Numbered from the stretch's first letter, positions 38,340 to 48,901 are shown. The stretch is 64,000 nt of DNA from an uncultured Acidobacteriota bacterium (GCA_963805975.1 CAWDVR010000001.1:288001-352000), one strand, 5' to 3'. Numbers and translations are program-made. Notes: generated by a model from the sequence alone, not told the origin.

Positions 38340-39718
38340 AGGGAACCGTCCTGATCGTCGACGACGAAGCCTATGTGCGCGACTCGCTGGCCGGCGTGCT
38401 GCGGCGGCGCGACTTCGCGGTGCGCACGGCGGCCGGCGGCGCCGAGGCGCTCGAGAGCGGCGCGCTGGCCGGCGTCGACGCGGTGATCGTCGACCTGCGG
38501 CTGGTGGGTGAGGACGGCCTCTCGCTGCTGCGCGAGATCCTCGCCCGCGAGGCGGAGATGCCGGTCATCGTCCTCACCGGCCACGGTACCGTCTCCTCGG
38601 CGGTCGACTGCATGCGGGCCGGCGCCTGCGATTACCTGCTCAAGCCGGCCGACACCGACGAGCTGGTGCTGGTGCTCGAACGGGCGCTGGCCGCCTCGCA
38701 CATGCGCCGCGAGCTCGCCTATCTGCGGGCGAGGAGCGGCGCTGGCGAGGGCGACGGCCGGCCGCTGGGCACCAGCGCCGGCTGGCGCCAGGTGCTGGAG
38801 GTGACGGCCCTCGCCGCGCCCTTCGACACCCCGGTGCTGCTGCTCGGCGAGTCCGGCACCGGCAAGGAGGTGCTCGCCCGCCACCTGCACGCGCAGTCCG
38901 CGCGCTCGCGCGCCGCGTTCGTCTCGGTCAACTGCGCGGCGATCCCCGGCGAGCTCTTCGAGAGCGAGTTCTTCGGCCACCGGCGCGGCTCCTTCACCGG
39001 CGCCGTCGCCGACCGCGAGGGCCGCTTCCGGGTGGCCCACCGCGGCACGCTGTTTCTCGACGAGATCAACTCGCTGCCGGCGGTGGGGCAGGCCAAGGTG
39101 CTGCGCGTGCTGCAGGACGGCACCTTCGAGCGGGTGGGGGACAGCCAGCCCACCACCGTCGACGTGCGGCTGATCTGCGCCAGCAACGCGGACCTCGAGG
39201 CCGAAGTGGCGGCCGGCCGCTTCCGGGCCGACCTCTTCTACCGCATCAACGTGATGACGATCTCGATCCCGCCGTTGCGCGAGCGGCCGGAGGACGTGCC
39301 GATCCTGGCCCAGGCCTTCCTGGCCGAGCTGGCGAGAAAGCTCGGCAAGCCGGTGCGCGAGCTCGATCCCGAGACCCTCGCCCTCCTCGGCTCCTACCAC
39401 TGGCCCGGCAACGTCCGCGAGCTGCGCAACGTGATCGAGCGCGGTCTCTTGCTGGAGAAGAGCGACCGCCTGACGCCGGCGAGCCTGCCGTTCCACCTCA
39501 AGCGTTCCCCGGCCGAGCGCCGGCGGGTGCCGGGGGACGGGACCGAGGACCTGAGCCTCCGCGCCCACCTGGCGGCCACCGAAGCGCGGCTCCTGGCCGA
39601 CGCCCTCGAGCGCGCCGGCGGCGTCAAGCGGGAGGCGGCTCGCCTGCTGGGAATCGACGAGCGCAACTTCGCCTACTTCCTCAAGAAGCACGATCTGATG
39701 GAGAAGAAGCGCTCATGA
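38336..39718 (+). CDS. Sigma54-dependent response regulator (NtrC family)
   Basis: REC domain, [35 protein letters not shown]-terminal HTH. Confidence 0.95.
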   Translation: MKGTVLIVDDEAYVRDSLAGVLRRRDFAVRTAAGGAEALESGALAGVDAVIVDLRLVGEDGLSLLREILAREAEMPVIVLTGHGTVSSAVDCMRAGACDYLLKPADTDELVLVLERALAASHMRRELAYLRARSGAGEGDGRPLGTSAGWRQVLEVTALAAPFDTPVLLLGESGTGKEVLARHLHAQSARSRAAFVSVNCAAIPGELFESEFFGHRRGSFTGAVADREGRFRVAHRGTLFLDEINSLPAVGQAKVLRVLQDGTFERVGDSQPTTVDVRLICASNADLEAEVAAGRFRADLFYRINVMTISIPPLRERPEDVPILAQAFLAELARKLGKPVRELDPETLALLGSYHWPGNVRELRNVIERGLLLEKSDRLTPASLPFHLKRSPAERRRVPGDGTEDLSLRAHLAATEARLLADALERAGGVKREAARLLGIDERNFAYFLKKHDLMEKKRS

Positions 39719-41472
39719 GCCGGGCGGCGAACGGCGCCGGCGTGGCGTCACCGCTTTTGGCGCTGTTGTTGGGGGCACTCTTGCTGGGGGCGGCCTGCGA
39801 GCGCGAACCGCGGCCTGAGCCTTCGCCCGTCGCCGAGGGGGCGCCGCCGGCGGCACCGGCTTTCGTCGAGGCCACGGCGGCCTCGGGCATCGTGTTCCGG
39901 CATCAGAACGCGGCCTCCTCCCGCCGGTTGCTGCCCGAGACCATGGGCGCCGGCCTCGCCTTCTTCGACGCCGACGGTGACGGTGACGCCGATCTCCTGC
40001 TGGTCCAGGGCGGCGCGCTCCCGGCCGGCGCCGAGCCTCGGCCGGTGGCGATGCTCTTCTCGAACCTGGGATCCGGGATCTTCGAGCCGGTGGATGCCGG
40101 CCTGGCCGCGGCCGGCTCCTTTGGCATGGGCGCCGCGGCCGGCGACCTCGACAACGACGGCGACGTCGACCTCTTCCTCACGGGCGTCGGGCGGCAGCTC
40201 CTGTTCGTCAACTCGGGCGACGGCCGCTTCCGGGAGGCGGGAGCCGAGCTGGGCCTCGACCGCCGCGGCTTCGGCTCGAGCGCCGCCTTCCTCGACTTCG
40301 ATCGCGACGGCTGGCTGGACCTCTTCGCCGGCCGCTACGTGACCTGGAGCGCGGAGCGAGACCTCATCTGCCGCCCCGACGGCGTGCACTCCGCCTACTG
40401 CACGCCCGAGGTCTACGCGGGCGAGAGCAATCTGCTGTTTCGGAACGTGCCGGCCGGTGGCTTGGAGGGCACCGGCGCGGCGAGCACGCCGCGCCGCCGG
40501 CTGCTCGACGTGACAGCCGCCGCCGGCCTCGCACTGCCGGATGGCAAGACGCTGGGCGTAGCCGCCGCCGATCTCGACGGCGACGGCTGGACCGACCTCG
40601 CGGTGGCCAACGACACGGCGCGCAACTTCCTGTTTCTGAACCGGCGCGACGGCCGCTTCCACGAGGTGGGGGTCGAGGCCGGCTTCGCCTACGGCGAGTC
40701 CGGCGCACCGCGCGGCGGCATGGGGATCGACGCCGCGGACGTCGACTCCGACGGCCTGCCGGACGTGGTGGTGGGCAACTTCGCGCAGGAGATGTCGGCC
40801 TTCTACCGCGCTCTCCCGGCGGGCGAGGCGGGAGGGCCGCTCTACGTCGACGATGCGGCGCAGGTGGGGCTGGGACTGCCGACGCTCATGACCCTCGCCT
40901 TCGGCGTCCTGCTCTTCGATTACGACGGCGACGGCTGGCTCGATCTGCTGCTCGCCAACGGCCATATCGAGCCCGAGATCGCCTCCTTCCGTCGCGGCCA
41001 GGAGTATGCCCAACCGGCCCAGCTCTTCCGCAACGACGGCCGCGGCGGCTTCGAGGCAGCGGGCGAGCTGGCGGGCGACCTGGCAGGGCCCTGGGTCGGG
41101 CGCGGCCTGGGGGCCGCCGACGTGGACCTCGACGGCGATCTCGACCTGGCGCTCACCGAGAACGGCGGGCCGGCGCACCTCTTCACCAACCAGGCCGCCG
41201 TGGGCTCCTGGCTGCGGCTGGAGCTCGCGAGCGCCGCGGGCGGGGCCACGCCCTACGGGACCAGGGTGCGCGTCACGGCCGCCGGCCGCACCTTCGAGCG
41301 CGAGCTCTCCGGCGGGCGCTCCTACCTCTCGGCCTCGGAGCCGGTGCTGACCCTCGGGCTGGGCGAGGCCCGGCGGGTCGACCGGCTGGAGGTGCGCTGG
41401 CCATCCGGGAAGGAGCTGGTGCTGCTGGGCCTGGAGGTGAACCGGGGGTATCGGCTGGTGGAGCCGGGCTAG
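39715..41472 (+). CDS. CRTAC1/ASPIC-UnbV family FG-GAP repeat lipoprotein
   Basis: Lipobox LGAA-C, repeated DxDxDGxxDL, PETMGAG, GRSYLSAS..LGLG..VRWPSG. Confidence 0.9.
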   Translation: MSRAANGAGVASPLLALLLGALLLGAACEREPRPEPSPVAEGAPPAAPAFVEATAASGIVFRHQNAASSRRLLPETMGAGLAFFDADGDGDADLLLVQGGALPAGAEPRPVAMLFSNLGSGIFEPVDAGLAAAGSFGMGAAAGDLDNDGDVDLFLTGVGRQLLFVNSGDGRFREAGAELGLDRRGFGSSAAFLDFDRDGWLDLFAGRYVTWSAERDLICRPDGVHSAYCTPEVYAGESNLLFRNVPAGGLEGTGAASTPRRRLLDVTAAAGLALPDGKTLGVAAADLDGDGWTDLAVANDTARNFLFLNRRDGRFHEVGVEAGFAYGESGAPRGGMGIDAADVDSDGLPDVVVGNFAQEMSAFYRALPAGEAGGPLYVDDAAQVGLGLPTLMTLAFGVLLFDYDGDGWLDLLLANGHIEPEIASFRRGQEYAQPAQLFRNDGRGGFEAAGELAGDLAGPWVGRGLGAADVDLDGDLDLALTENGGPAHLFTNQAAVGSWLRLELASAAGGATPYGTRVRVTAAGRTFERELSGGRSYLSASEPVLTLGLGEARRVDRLEVRWPSGKELVLLGLEVNRGYRLVEPG

Positions 41473-41606
41473 GCCCCTCACCCCGTCCCTCTCCCCGCAA
41501 GCGGGGCGAGGGCGCCGCCGCCCCCACCTCTTCTTCTGCTCGCGCGCGCTCTCTGCCTCTCGGACCCCCTCTCCCCGCTTGCGGGGAGAGGGCTGGGGTG
41601 AGGGGC
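41473..41606. repeat. REP-like inverted repeat pair (PSPxPSP..GEG type)
   Basis: gcccctcaccccgtccctctccccgcaagcggggcgaggg ... ccctctccccgcttgcggggagagggctggggtgaggggc between convergent genes. Confidence 0.85.
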
Positions 41607-41614
41607 GCTCGAGC

Positions 41615-43432
41615 CTACTTCCGCAGCGCCGCTTCCAGAGCCGCGAGGCGCGCCTCGAGATCGGCATTCTGCTCGGTGAGCGTGCGGATGGTCTGGTGCT
41701 GGTCGAGGGTGTGGAGGGTCAGCTCCTCGACTTTTTCCAGGAGCTGCATCTGGAACTGGCTGACGTTGAGGCCGTTCTTCTTGATCTCGGCCTGCGACGG
41801 CACGTTCGGCAGGTGCTTGTTCTGCTGCACGAAGGCGGCGAGCTCGTCGAGCGACATGCGCTCGTAGTCCGGCTCGAAGACGTAGTCCGGCACGTTGAGC
41901 GTGGTGCCGTCGTCGATGAACGAGCCGCCGGTGACCCGGATGCTGCCGCCGTTGACCTCGAGCCGGGAGCCTGCGGTCGGCGATGCGGTGCCGATGCCCA
42001 CCGAGCCGTCGTTCAGGATCACCATGCGGGTCTGCGGCGTGATGGTGCCGTTGGGCGTGGTCTGGAGGATGAACCGCGTGCCCTGGGCGGTGGAGGTGAA
42101 GTTCTGCTCGGCGCGCACCTCGAGGCGGGCGACGTTGTTGGCCGAGAAGTTCGTGCCGTCGTGGCCGCGGAACGAGAAGGAACCCAGGATGCTGTTCGTG
42201 GTCACCGCGTCGGGCGAGCTGGAAGTGCCGAGCGCGCGGCGCAGGAGCATGTTCGAGAACAGTGTGCCGTCGTCGCTGAACGTGGTGGCCTGGACCTGCG
42301 CGGCGGCGGCGCTCCGCACGATGTCCACCGAGGTCGCCGGCGAACCGGTGCCGAAGCCCACGTCGCCGTCGGAGGAGATGTCGACGCTCGAGGTCGGCGC
42401 ACCCGGCCGGATACGGAGCGGCAGGCGGGAGCCGCCGGTCACGTCGCGGACGAAGAAGTTAGCTTCGTTGGCGCCCACGTCCCAGGTCTGCGCCGTGAAA
42501 CCACTGCCGTTGGTCTGCTCCAGGCGCAGCGCAGGAGTGTTGCCGACGGCGACGTGCAGGTCGAGCGACCGGGTTGGCGGTGCCGATGCCGATGTCGCCG
42601 TCGGTCTCGACGACGAGCGCGTTGGCTCGCGCCGCCGCTTCGACGCTGAACAGCGGATCGTCCGCGAGCCGCCGCTGCGCGCGGTCACCGCAGTCGTCGA
42701 GGGCAGAAGCGGTTGGGACCCCCGGAGGCGGCGTCGTTGGCTCCAGCCTCCCAGTCGTTGGCGGCGAAGCCGGCGGTGCTGCTGGTGTCGTCGAACGTGA
42801 TGCGGGTGTTGTTCTCCATCAGCAGGATCGTGTGAAGTCGGAGAACGAGGGGCTGACCGGGCAGTCGAAGCCGACGCAGACGACTGTCGGTGAAGGTCGT
42901 CGCGGCGCGAGCTGGGGCTCACCGGCGAGGGCCTCGCCGGACCGGGCAGCGGGTGACTCGGGCGGCGAGGCCGCGGTGGGCTCGAGCTGGTTCTGCGGCA
43001 CGGCGAGCCGCCGAGGATCTGGAAGTGGCCCGAGCGCACCATGGGTCCGGCAGGCAGCTCGCCGCGGCGCTCCAGGTCGGCGATCACCGCGGCCTCGTCG
43101 ACGTTGCCTCGAGCCGGTGCCAGGCGCTCTTTGCCTCGGTCGAAAGGCGCGGAGCGAGCCGCAGCTCCCACGTAGGCGCCGTCCGCCAGGCGGCTGCCCG
43201 GCCGTGAAGAGATCGAAGGGATGCCTGGCCGGAGCCGAACTCGCGGCGGACGACCTGCCCGCCGGGCAGCGCCACGGTGAGCACCGCGCGCTCGTAGCTC
43301 GCCGTGACCTGCCAGTCGATGCTGTTCGCGCCGAGGCGACACTCACCAGTCGTCGTCTGCCGAGACCGCGAACGAGGTCAGGAGGCCGAGGGCGAGTCCC
43401 GAGGCCGAAGACCAGGGGAGAAGCTTGCGCAT
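41615..43432 (-). pseudogene. Secreted fibre-like protein, paralog of 43584-45356; 3' half intact, 5' half with many frameshifts
   Basis: SD AAAGGAG before ATG 43432 (MRKLL...). 41615-~42570 translates cleanly and closely matches the paralog; 42570-43430 gives only fragments (DLxxxxSxCVGFDC, ENNTRITFDDTS). Confidence 0.75.
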
Positions 43433-43527
43433 CAGCGTTCTCCTTTGGCGTGGTCGGTTCGGCGTTCTGTGCGGTCGAGATCCGGCAGGAGGCGGACGGC
43501 TGGCCGTTGCGGGCCTGGCGAGCGGTG

Positions 43528-43566
43528 GAAAGCCGCAGGGGCGCACGAGCGTGCGCCCCTGGCGGC
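43528..43566 (-). terminator. Terminator-like hairpin between the two fibre genes
   Basis: Stem aggggcgcac-gagc-gtgcgcccct extended by gccgc/gcggc; short T run on the minus strand. Confidence 0.5.
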
Positions 43567-43583
43567 AAGGCGGTCAGTCGGTC

Positions 43584-45356
43584 TTACGGCTGCGCTTCGA
43601 GGGCCTCGAGGCGCGCCATGAGCTTCTGGATGATCTGGTGCTGGTCGAGGGTGTGGAGGGTGAGCTCCTCGACCTTCTCCAGGAGCTGCATCTGGAACTG
43701 GCTGACGTTCAGACCGTTCTTCTTGATGTCGGCCTGGGACGGCACGTTCGGCAGGTGCTTGTTCACTTGTACGAAGGCGGCGAGCTCGTCGAGCGACATG
43801 CGCTTGTAGTCCGGCTCGAAGACGTAGTCCGGCACGTTGAGCGTGGTGCCGTCGTCGATGAACGAGCCGCCGGTGACGCGGATGCTGCCGCCGTTGACCT
43901 CGAGCCGCGAGCCGGCGGTCGGAGACGCGGTGCCGATGCCCACCGAGCCGTCGTTCTTGATCACCATGCGGGTGGAGGGCGTGGCGGAGCCGTTGGCGGT
44001 GGTCTGCAGGATGATGCGCGTGCCCTGGGCGGTGGCGGTGAAGTTCTCCTCGGCGCGCACTTCCAGGCGGGCGACGTTGTCGGTGGAGAAGGCGCTGCCG
44101 GTGTGGCCGCGAAACGAGAAGCTGCCCAGGATGCTGTTGGTGGTCACCGCCAGCGGCGCCGCGGAGGTGCCGAGGGCGCGGCGCAGGAGCATGTTCGAGA
44201 ACAGTGCGCCGTCGTTGCTGAAGGTGGTGGCCTGGACCTCCGCGGCACGGGCGCTGCGCACGATGTCCACCGACGTGTCCGGGCCCCCGGTGCCGATGCC
44301 GACGTCGCCGTCGGAGGAGATGTCGAGGCTCGAGGTCGGCGCGCCCGGCCGGATGCGGAAGGACAGGCGCGAGCCGCCGGTCACGTCGCGGACGAAGAAG
44401 TTGGCCTCGTTGGCGCCGATGTCCCAGGTCTGGGCGGTGAAGCCGCCGGTGTTGTTCTGCTCCAGGCGGATGGCCGGGGTGTTCGAGGTGTTGATGTGCA
44501 GGTCGAGCACCGGGGTCGAGGTGCGGAAGCCGATGCGGCCGATGGAGTCGGCGAAGATCGAGTTGGTCGACGCGCCGGCGGTGATGGTGAAGGGCGTGCG
44601 CGCGCCGGTCGAGTCCTCGATCGAGAACTTGCTCGAGCCACCGCCGGCCGAGTCGTTGGCGATCAGCCGCCAGTCGTTGGCGGGGAAGCCGACCTGGGTC
44701 GAGGTGTCGTCGAAGTGGATGCGGAGGTTGTTCTCCTTCAAGCGGATGGTGTCGAAGCCGAAGTTCTCGTTGTTGACGCAGTCGAGGCCGGAGCAGGTCG
44801 AGCCCTGGACGATGAGGTCGTCAGGGATCACCTGGTCGCGCACCGCGAGCGACGGGCCGCCCGGACGGGGGGTGGCGGGGGCGGCGGTGTGGTTGAGGGC
44901 CGGGCGCGGCTCGGCCTGGCCGGGGGGCACGATCGATCCGCCCTGGACCTGGAAGCTGCCGGACTGGATCATCGGGCTCGCGGGCAGCTCGCCGCGGCGC
45001 TTCATCTCGGCGATCACCGTCGCCTCGGCCGAGGTGCCGCGGGCGGCGGCGAGCTGGGCCTTGGCGTCGTTGGACAGGCGCGGCGCCAGGGTCAGCTCCC
45101 AGCGATAGCCGCCGTCCAGGCCCCGGCCGAGGTCGAACTGGATGGTCTGGCCGGCCGCGAACTCCTGGCGGGTGACCTTGCCGTCCGGGTGGGCGACGGT
45201 GAGCACGGCACGGTCATAGGCCGCCCCCACCTGCCAGTCGATGCTGCCGGAACCGAAGCTGGCGCTCGCCAGCTCCTCCTGAGCCAAAACCGTGGGCGAG
45301 GTCGCGAGGCCCAGCGGCAGCACCAGGCAGGCGACCAAGGCGAGAGTCTTCCTCAT
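43584..45356 (-). CDS. Secreted tail-fibre-like beta-repeat protein with C-terminal chaperone-like coiled-coil domain
   Basis: SD AAAGGAG; signal peptide; QVIPDDLIVQGS.C.GLDC; GxVGIGT repeats; PDYVFEPDY..HLPNVPS..LLEKVEELTLH..LEALE C-terminus. Confidence 0.75.
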   Translation of the reverse strand: MRKTLALVACLVLPLGLATSPTVLAQEELASASFGSGSIDWQVGAAYDRAVLTVAHPDGKVTRQEFAAGQTIQFDLGRGLDGGYRWELTLAPRLSNDAKAQLAAARGTSAEATVIAEMKRRGELPASPMIQSGSFQVQGGSIVPPGQAEPRPALNHTAAPATPRPGGPSLAVRDQVIPDDLIVQGSTCSGLDCVNNENFGFDTIRLKENNLRIHFDDTSTQVGFPANDWRLIANDSAGGGSSKFSIEDSTGARTPFTITAGASTNSIFADSIGRIGFRTSTPVLDLHINTSNTPAIRLEQNNTGGFTAQTWDIGANEANFFVRDVTGGSRLSFRIRPGAPTSSLDISSDGDVGIGTGGPDTSVDIVRSARAAEVQATTFSNDGALFSNMLLRRALGTSAAPLAVTTNSILGSFSFRGHTGSAFSTDNVARLEVRAEENFTATAQGTRIILQTTANGSATPSTRMVIKNDGSVGIGTASPTAGSRLEVNGGSIRVTGGSFIDDGTTLNVPDYVFEPDYKRMSLDELAAFVQVNKHLPNVPSQADIKKNGLNVSQFQMQLLEKVEELTLHTLDQHQIIQKLMARLEALEAQP

Positions 45357-45613
45357 AAATATTCTCCTTTGACAGGTGAGTGGCCGATCAATTCGACATA
45401 TCGCAAAAAGTCTCTCTCTTCCAGCGCTCAAAGAGCGCAGGTCAAGGAGGAGTGGAATTTCGGGAGTGGGGCCGCCGGGAACCGGCGTGAAAGCCTGTGA
45501 GCTCACCGCGAGCGCCGCCCAAGGCCGGACGTGCGAGCTGCCGGGAATGAAGAACTAAGATCATAGCACGAAAGAGCACCTGCCCATAGCTCGACACCCA
45601 GCAGGAAAAGGTG

Positions 45614-47191
45614 TCAGTCGGACTCGCGAGCTGCCTCTGCTCCTCCTCCGGCGAGCCGGCACGGTTTCTGGTTCTCGTACCAGGAGAGAGTCCCGCGGCG
45701 CCGCGCGAGCGTTACCGGGTCGCCCCCCTCGGCTCCGTCCAGTGCCTTGCGCTGCCAGACCACGGCCTCCTCGCAGCGTCCGGCCTCGGCGAGGGACATG
45801 GCCACCAGCTCGGCGCTCTCGGCCGAGGGCCGGGCGGCGAAGACGCGCTGGGCGAGATCCAGGGCGCGGGCCCCGTCGCGCAGCGCGAGGTCGGGGGAGG
45901 CGGCGAGCACGCGGGCCAGGGCGATCGCCACCAGGCCGCTCTCGGGGAGCGCTTCGAGAGCGGCTTCGAGCACGCTCTTCGCCTCGGCGTAGCGCCCGAG
46001 GCGGAGCAGGGCCTCGGCGCCGCCCAGCCGGACGCTCTCGTCCGCGGGCGCGAGCTCGAACGCCTGCCGGTAGTGCGGCAGCGCGTCCAGCGGCTGGCCG
46101 CTCCGGAGCAGCAGCTCGGCCAGCTCGCGGTGCGCCTCGGCATCGCGCGGGTTGGCCGCGAGCGCCCCTTCGAAATGGAGGCGTGCCTCCTCGGGCGCAC
46201 CGCGGCGGGCGAGCAGCACGCCCAGGTTGAAATGCGCCGAGGCCGTGGCAGGCGCGAGCTCCAGCGCGCGCCGGTACTCGGCCATGGCGCCGTCCGGATC
46301 CCCCATCTGCTCCAGCGCCGACCCCAGGTTGACGTGCGCGGCGGCGCTTGTCGGCGCGGCGGCGAGGGCCTGCCGGAACTCGGCCGCGGCGGCGGCGAAG
46401 TCGCCGGCGAGAAACGCCGTGCGGCCGCGCAGCAGGTGGACGCGCTCTCCGGCCTCGAGCTTTTCCAGCTCTTCGACCAGCGGATCCGGCACCTTGACAC
46501 CGATCGTGCCCCGCCGCTCGAGATGCTGCCGGGCGCGCTCGAGGTCGCCGGCGCCGCGGTAGGCGAGGGCCAGCGAGTAGTGGAGCGAGTCCGCCTGGGG
46601 GGCACCGGCGAGCGCCGCCTCGAAGCCCGCCACGGCGTCGGCCCAGCGGTTGGCCGAGAGCGCCACCTGGCCCAGGGCCGCCCACGCCGCCGGGGCCCGT
46701 GGGTCGAGCTCGAGCGCCAGGCGCAGCCAGGCCCTGGCCTCGTCGAGCCGGCCCTCGACGAAGCAGATCTCGCCCAGGTGGATGCGGGCCGCGAGGTTGT
46801 CCGGGGCCAGGGCGAGCGACCGCGCGAAGGCGCCGGCCGCTTCCCGCTGCCGGCCCTCGGCCAGGTGGAGCGCGCCGGCGAGGTGGGGCCAGCGCGGGTC
46901 CGCGGGAGCCAGGGCCTCGGCGTTGGCGTAGCAGGCCGCGGCCGGCTCCGAGAGCCGGTAGGCATGGTAGAGGCGGCCCATCTCGCCGAAGACCTCGGCC
47001 TTCTCGGCGGCGGCCCCGCCGTCCGCGATGACGGAGCGCAGCAGGGCCTCGGCTTCGGCGAGCTGTCCCGCCACCACCTGCTCCAGGCCGGCGAGGGTGG
47101 GGAACGGTATGGGGACGAGGGCCGGCTGGGCGAGGGCCGGCCAGCAGGTGGTGATCAGGAGCGCGGCGGCGAGGAGGCGAGCTGTGGCCAT
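45614..47191 (-). CDS. Secreted/periplasmic tetratricopeptide repeat protein
   Basis: Signal peptide, numerous TPRs (AHVNLG, AHFNLG). Confidence 0.88.
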   Translation of the reverse strand: MATARLLAAALLITTCWPALAQPALVPIPFPTLAGLEQVVAGQLAEAEALLRSVIADGGAAAEKAEVFGEMGRLYHAYRLSEPAAACYANAEALAPADPRWPHLAGALHLAEGRQREAAGAFARSLALAPDNLAARIHLGEICFVEGRLDEARAWLRLALELDPRAPAAWAALGQVALSANRWADAVAGFEAALAGAPQADSLHYSLALAYRGAGDLERARQHLERRGTIGVKVPDPLVEELEKLEAGERVHLLRGRTAFLAGDFAAAAAEFRQALAAAPTSAAAHVNLGSALEQMGDPDGAMAEYRRALELAPATASAHFNLGVLLARRGAPEEARLHFEGALAANPRDAEAHRELAELLLRSGQPLDALPHYRQAFELAPADESVRLGGAEALLRLGRYAEAKSVLEAALEALPESGLVAIALARVLAASPDLALRDGARALDLAQRVFAARPSAESAELVAMSLAEAGRCEEAVVWQRKALDGAEGGDPVTLARRRGTLSWYENQKPCRLAGGGAEAARESD

Positions 47192-47218
47192 GCCGCGTAG
47201 TCTAGCGGCCAGGCTTGT

Positions 47219-48901
47219 CTATCTCGATCCCGGAACCACCCAGTAGACGCCCGCGGGGAGGTCCTTCCACTGCCGGAGCGTGCTGCCAGGGCCTTCGACG
47301 CGCAGGGTGGCCGGCTCACGGCGCTCGCCCAGGCCGAAGAGCACGCGCGGGTCGCTCGCCGAGGCGTAGCTGCCGTCGGTGCGGGGTCGGCGCACCAGCG
47401 CCGGAGCGCCGGCGCGCAGCAGACGGACCGCGGTGGGGAACGGGCCGCCGGGACCGCCGGCGACCACTCCCAGCCAGCCGCGGTCCTGGCCGGCGGTGCT
47501 GGCCAGCAGGCGGGCGGGGCCGTGGTTGTGAGTGATCACGAGGTCCGTGTCGCCGTCGTTGTCGGCATCGCCGAAGGCCGTGCCGCGGCCCACCGCGGCG
47601 CCGGCGAAGGCGTCCCCGGCCCGGCCCGGCACTTCTTCGAACTTTCCTTTCCCCACGTTGCGGAAGAGCTGGTTGCGCTGGCGCAGCGGCAGGGGATCGC
47701 CGGCCCGGGCCTGCTCCTCGAGCGTGCGCACCGCACCGCTCGCGAGAAAGAGGTCGAGTCGGCCGTCCTGGTCGAAGTCCAGGAAGCCGGTGCCGAAGCC
47801 GGTCGAGCCCAGGGTGGCCGCCGCCAATCCCGCCTCGATGCGGCGGTCCTCGAACAGGCCGCCGCCCATGCTCACGTACAGGGCGTGGGTCTCGCCCTGG
47901 ATGTTGGTGACGAAGAGATCCTCGTCGCCGTCCTCGTCCACATCGCCGGCGGCGATGCCCATGCTGCCCTCGGGCCGCCCCTCGCGGTTGACGGCCAGCC
48001 CGGCGAGCAGCGCCTGGTCGTCGAAGGTGCCGTCGCCGCGGTTGAGCCAGAGCTGGTTGGGCCTGCCGTCGTTGGCGATGAGGAAGTCGACCCGGCCATC
48101 GCCGTCGAGGTCGCCGGCCAGCACCCCGAGGCCGGGCTCGGGCGCCGCGGCGATGCCGGCGCGGGTCGAGACGTCCTGGAAGCGGCCGCCGCCGAGGTTG
48201 CGGAGCAGCCGGTCGGCCACCGGCTGGAACGTGGAGGGCCCGCACCAGTCGCGGCGCGTGCTCGCAGCGTAGCAGGCGGGGTTGGCGTCGAAGGAAAACT
48301 CCACGTAGCTCACCACGTAGAGGTCGAGCCGGCCGTCGGCGTCGTAGTCCGCGAACGAGCCGGCGACCGACCAGCGGTCGTCGGAGGCCCCGCTCTCGGC
48401 GGTGCGGTCGGCGAAGGTGCCGTCCCCCCGGTTCAGGAACAGCCGGTCCGGGCCCAGGTTGGCAACGAAGAGATCGACCCAGCCGTCGCCGTCCACGTCG
48501 CCGGTCGCCACACCCATGCCGTAGCCGGTCTCGTCGAGGCCGCTCGCCGAGGTCACGTCGACGAACCGTGCCGCGAGCGTGCCGTCGGGCGCGAGCAGGA
48601 GGTCGTTGCGCAGCAGCCGGTCGCGCGGCACCTTGGCCGTGTCGGCCGGCGGCGGCAGCGGCCCGCCCTGCACCAGGTAGAGGTCGAGGTCGCCGTCGCC
48701 GTCGTAGTCCAGGAGCGCCGCTCCCGCGCCCATGATCTCGGGAAAATAGAGCTTTCCCGACATGCCGTTCGCATGCACGAAGTCGAGGCCCGAGGCGAGG
48801 GTCGCATCGGTGAAGAGCGCCGGCGGCTCCGCCGTGCAGGGCGGCCCGAGAGCGAGCGCCGGGACGAGCGTCCAGGCGATGGTTTGGCGGATTGCGGTCA
48901 G
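47219..48901 (-). CDS. CRTAC1/ASPIC-UnbV family FG-GAP protein
   Basis: PEIMGAG, DYDGDGDLD repeats, GSYASASDPRVLFGLG. Frame extends 41 codons upstream of the track ORF through a signal peptide to a CTG at 48901 preceded by GGGAG. Confidence 0.88.
   Translation of the reverse strand: MTAIRQTIAWTLVPALALGPPCTAEPPALFTDATLASGLDFVHANGMSGKLYFPEIMGAGAALLDYDGDGDLDLYLVQGGPLPPPADTAKVPRDRLLRNDLLLAPDGTLAARFVDVTSASGLDETGYGMGVATGDVDGDGWVDLFVANLGPDRLFLNRGDGTFADRTAESGASDDRWSVAGSFADYDADGRLDLYVVSYVEFSFDANPACYAASTRRDWCGPSTFQPVADRLLRNLGGGRFQDVSTRAGIAAAPEPGLGVLAGDLDGDGRVDFLIANDGRPNQLWLNRGDGTFDDQALLAGLAVNREGRPEGSMGIAAGDVDEDGDEDLFVTNIQGETHALYVSMGGGLFEDRRIEAGLAAATLGSTGFGTGFLDFDQDGRLDLFLASGAVRTLEEQARAGDPLPLRQRNQLFRNVGKGKFEEVPGRAGDAFAGAAVGRGTAFGDADNDGDTDLVITHNHGPARLLASTAGQDRGWLGVVAGGPGGPFPTAVRLLRAGAPALVRRPRTDGSYASASDPRVLFGLGERREPATLRVEGPGSTLRQWKDLPAGVYWVVPGSR

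Noticed and set aside
41615-45356. Prophage tail region or diversity-generating retroelement
   Set aside because: No phage structural genes, integrase or reverse transcriptase; the genes have signal peptides; paralog differences do not appear adenine-specific.
45357-45610. Sigma54 -24/-12 promoter for the fibre gene
   Set aside because: The TGG...TTGC candidate has the wrong spacing (16 rather than 10 nt between GG and GC).
39715-48901. Enediyne biosynthetic cluster (UnbV homology)
   Set aside because: No PKS or thioesterase in the window; CRTAC1/UnbV proteins occur widely outside such clusters.
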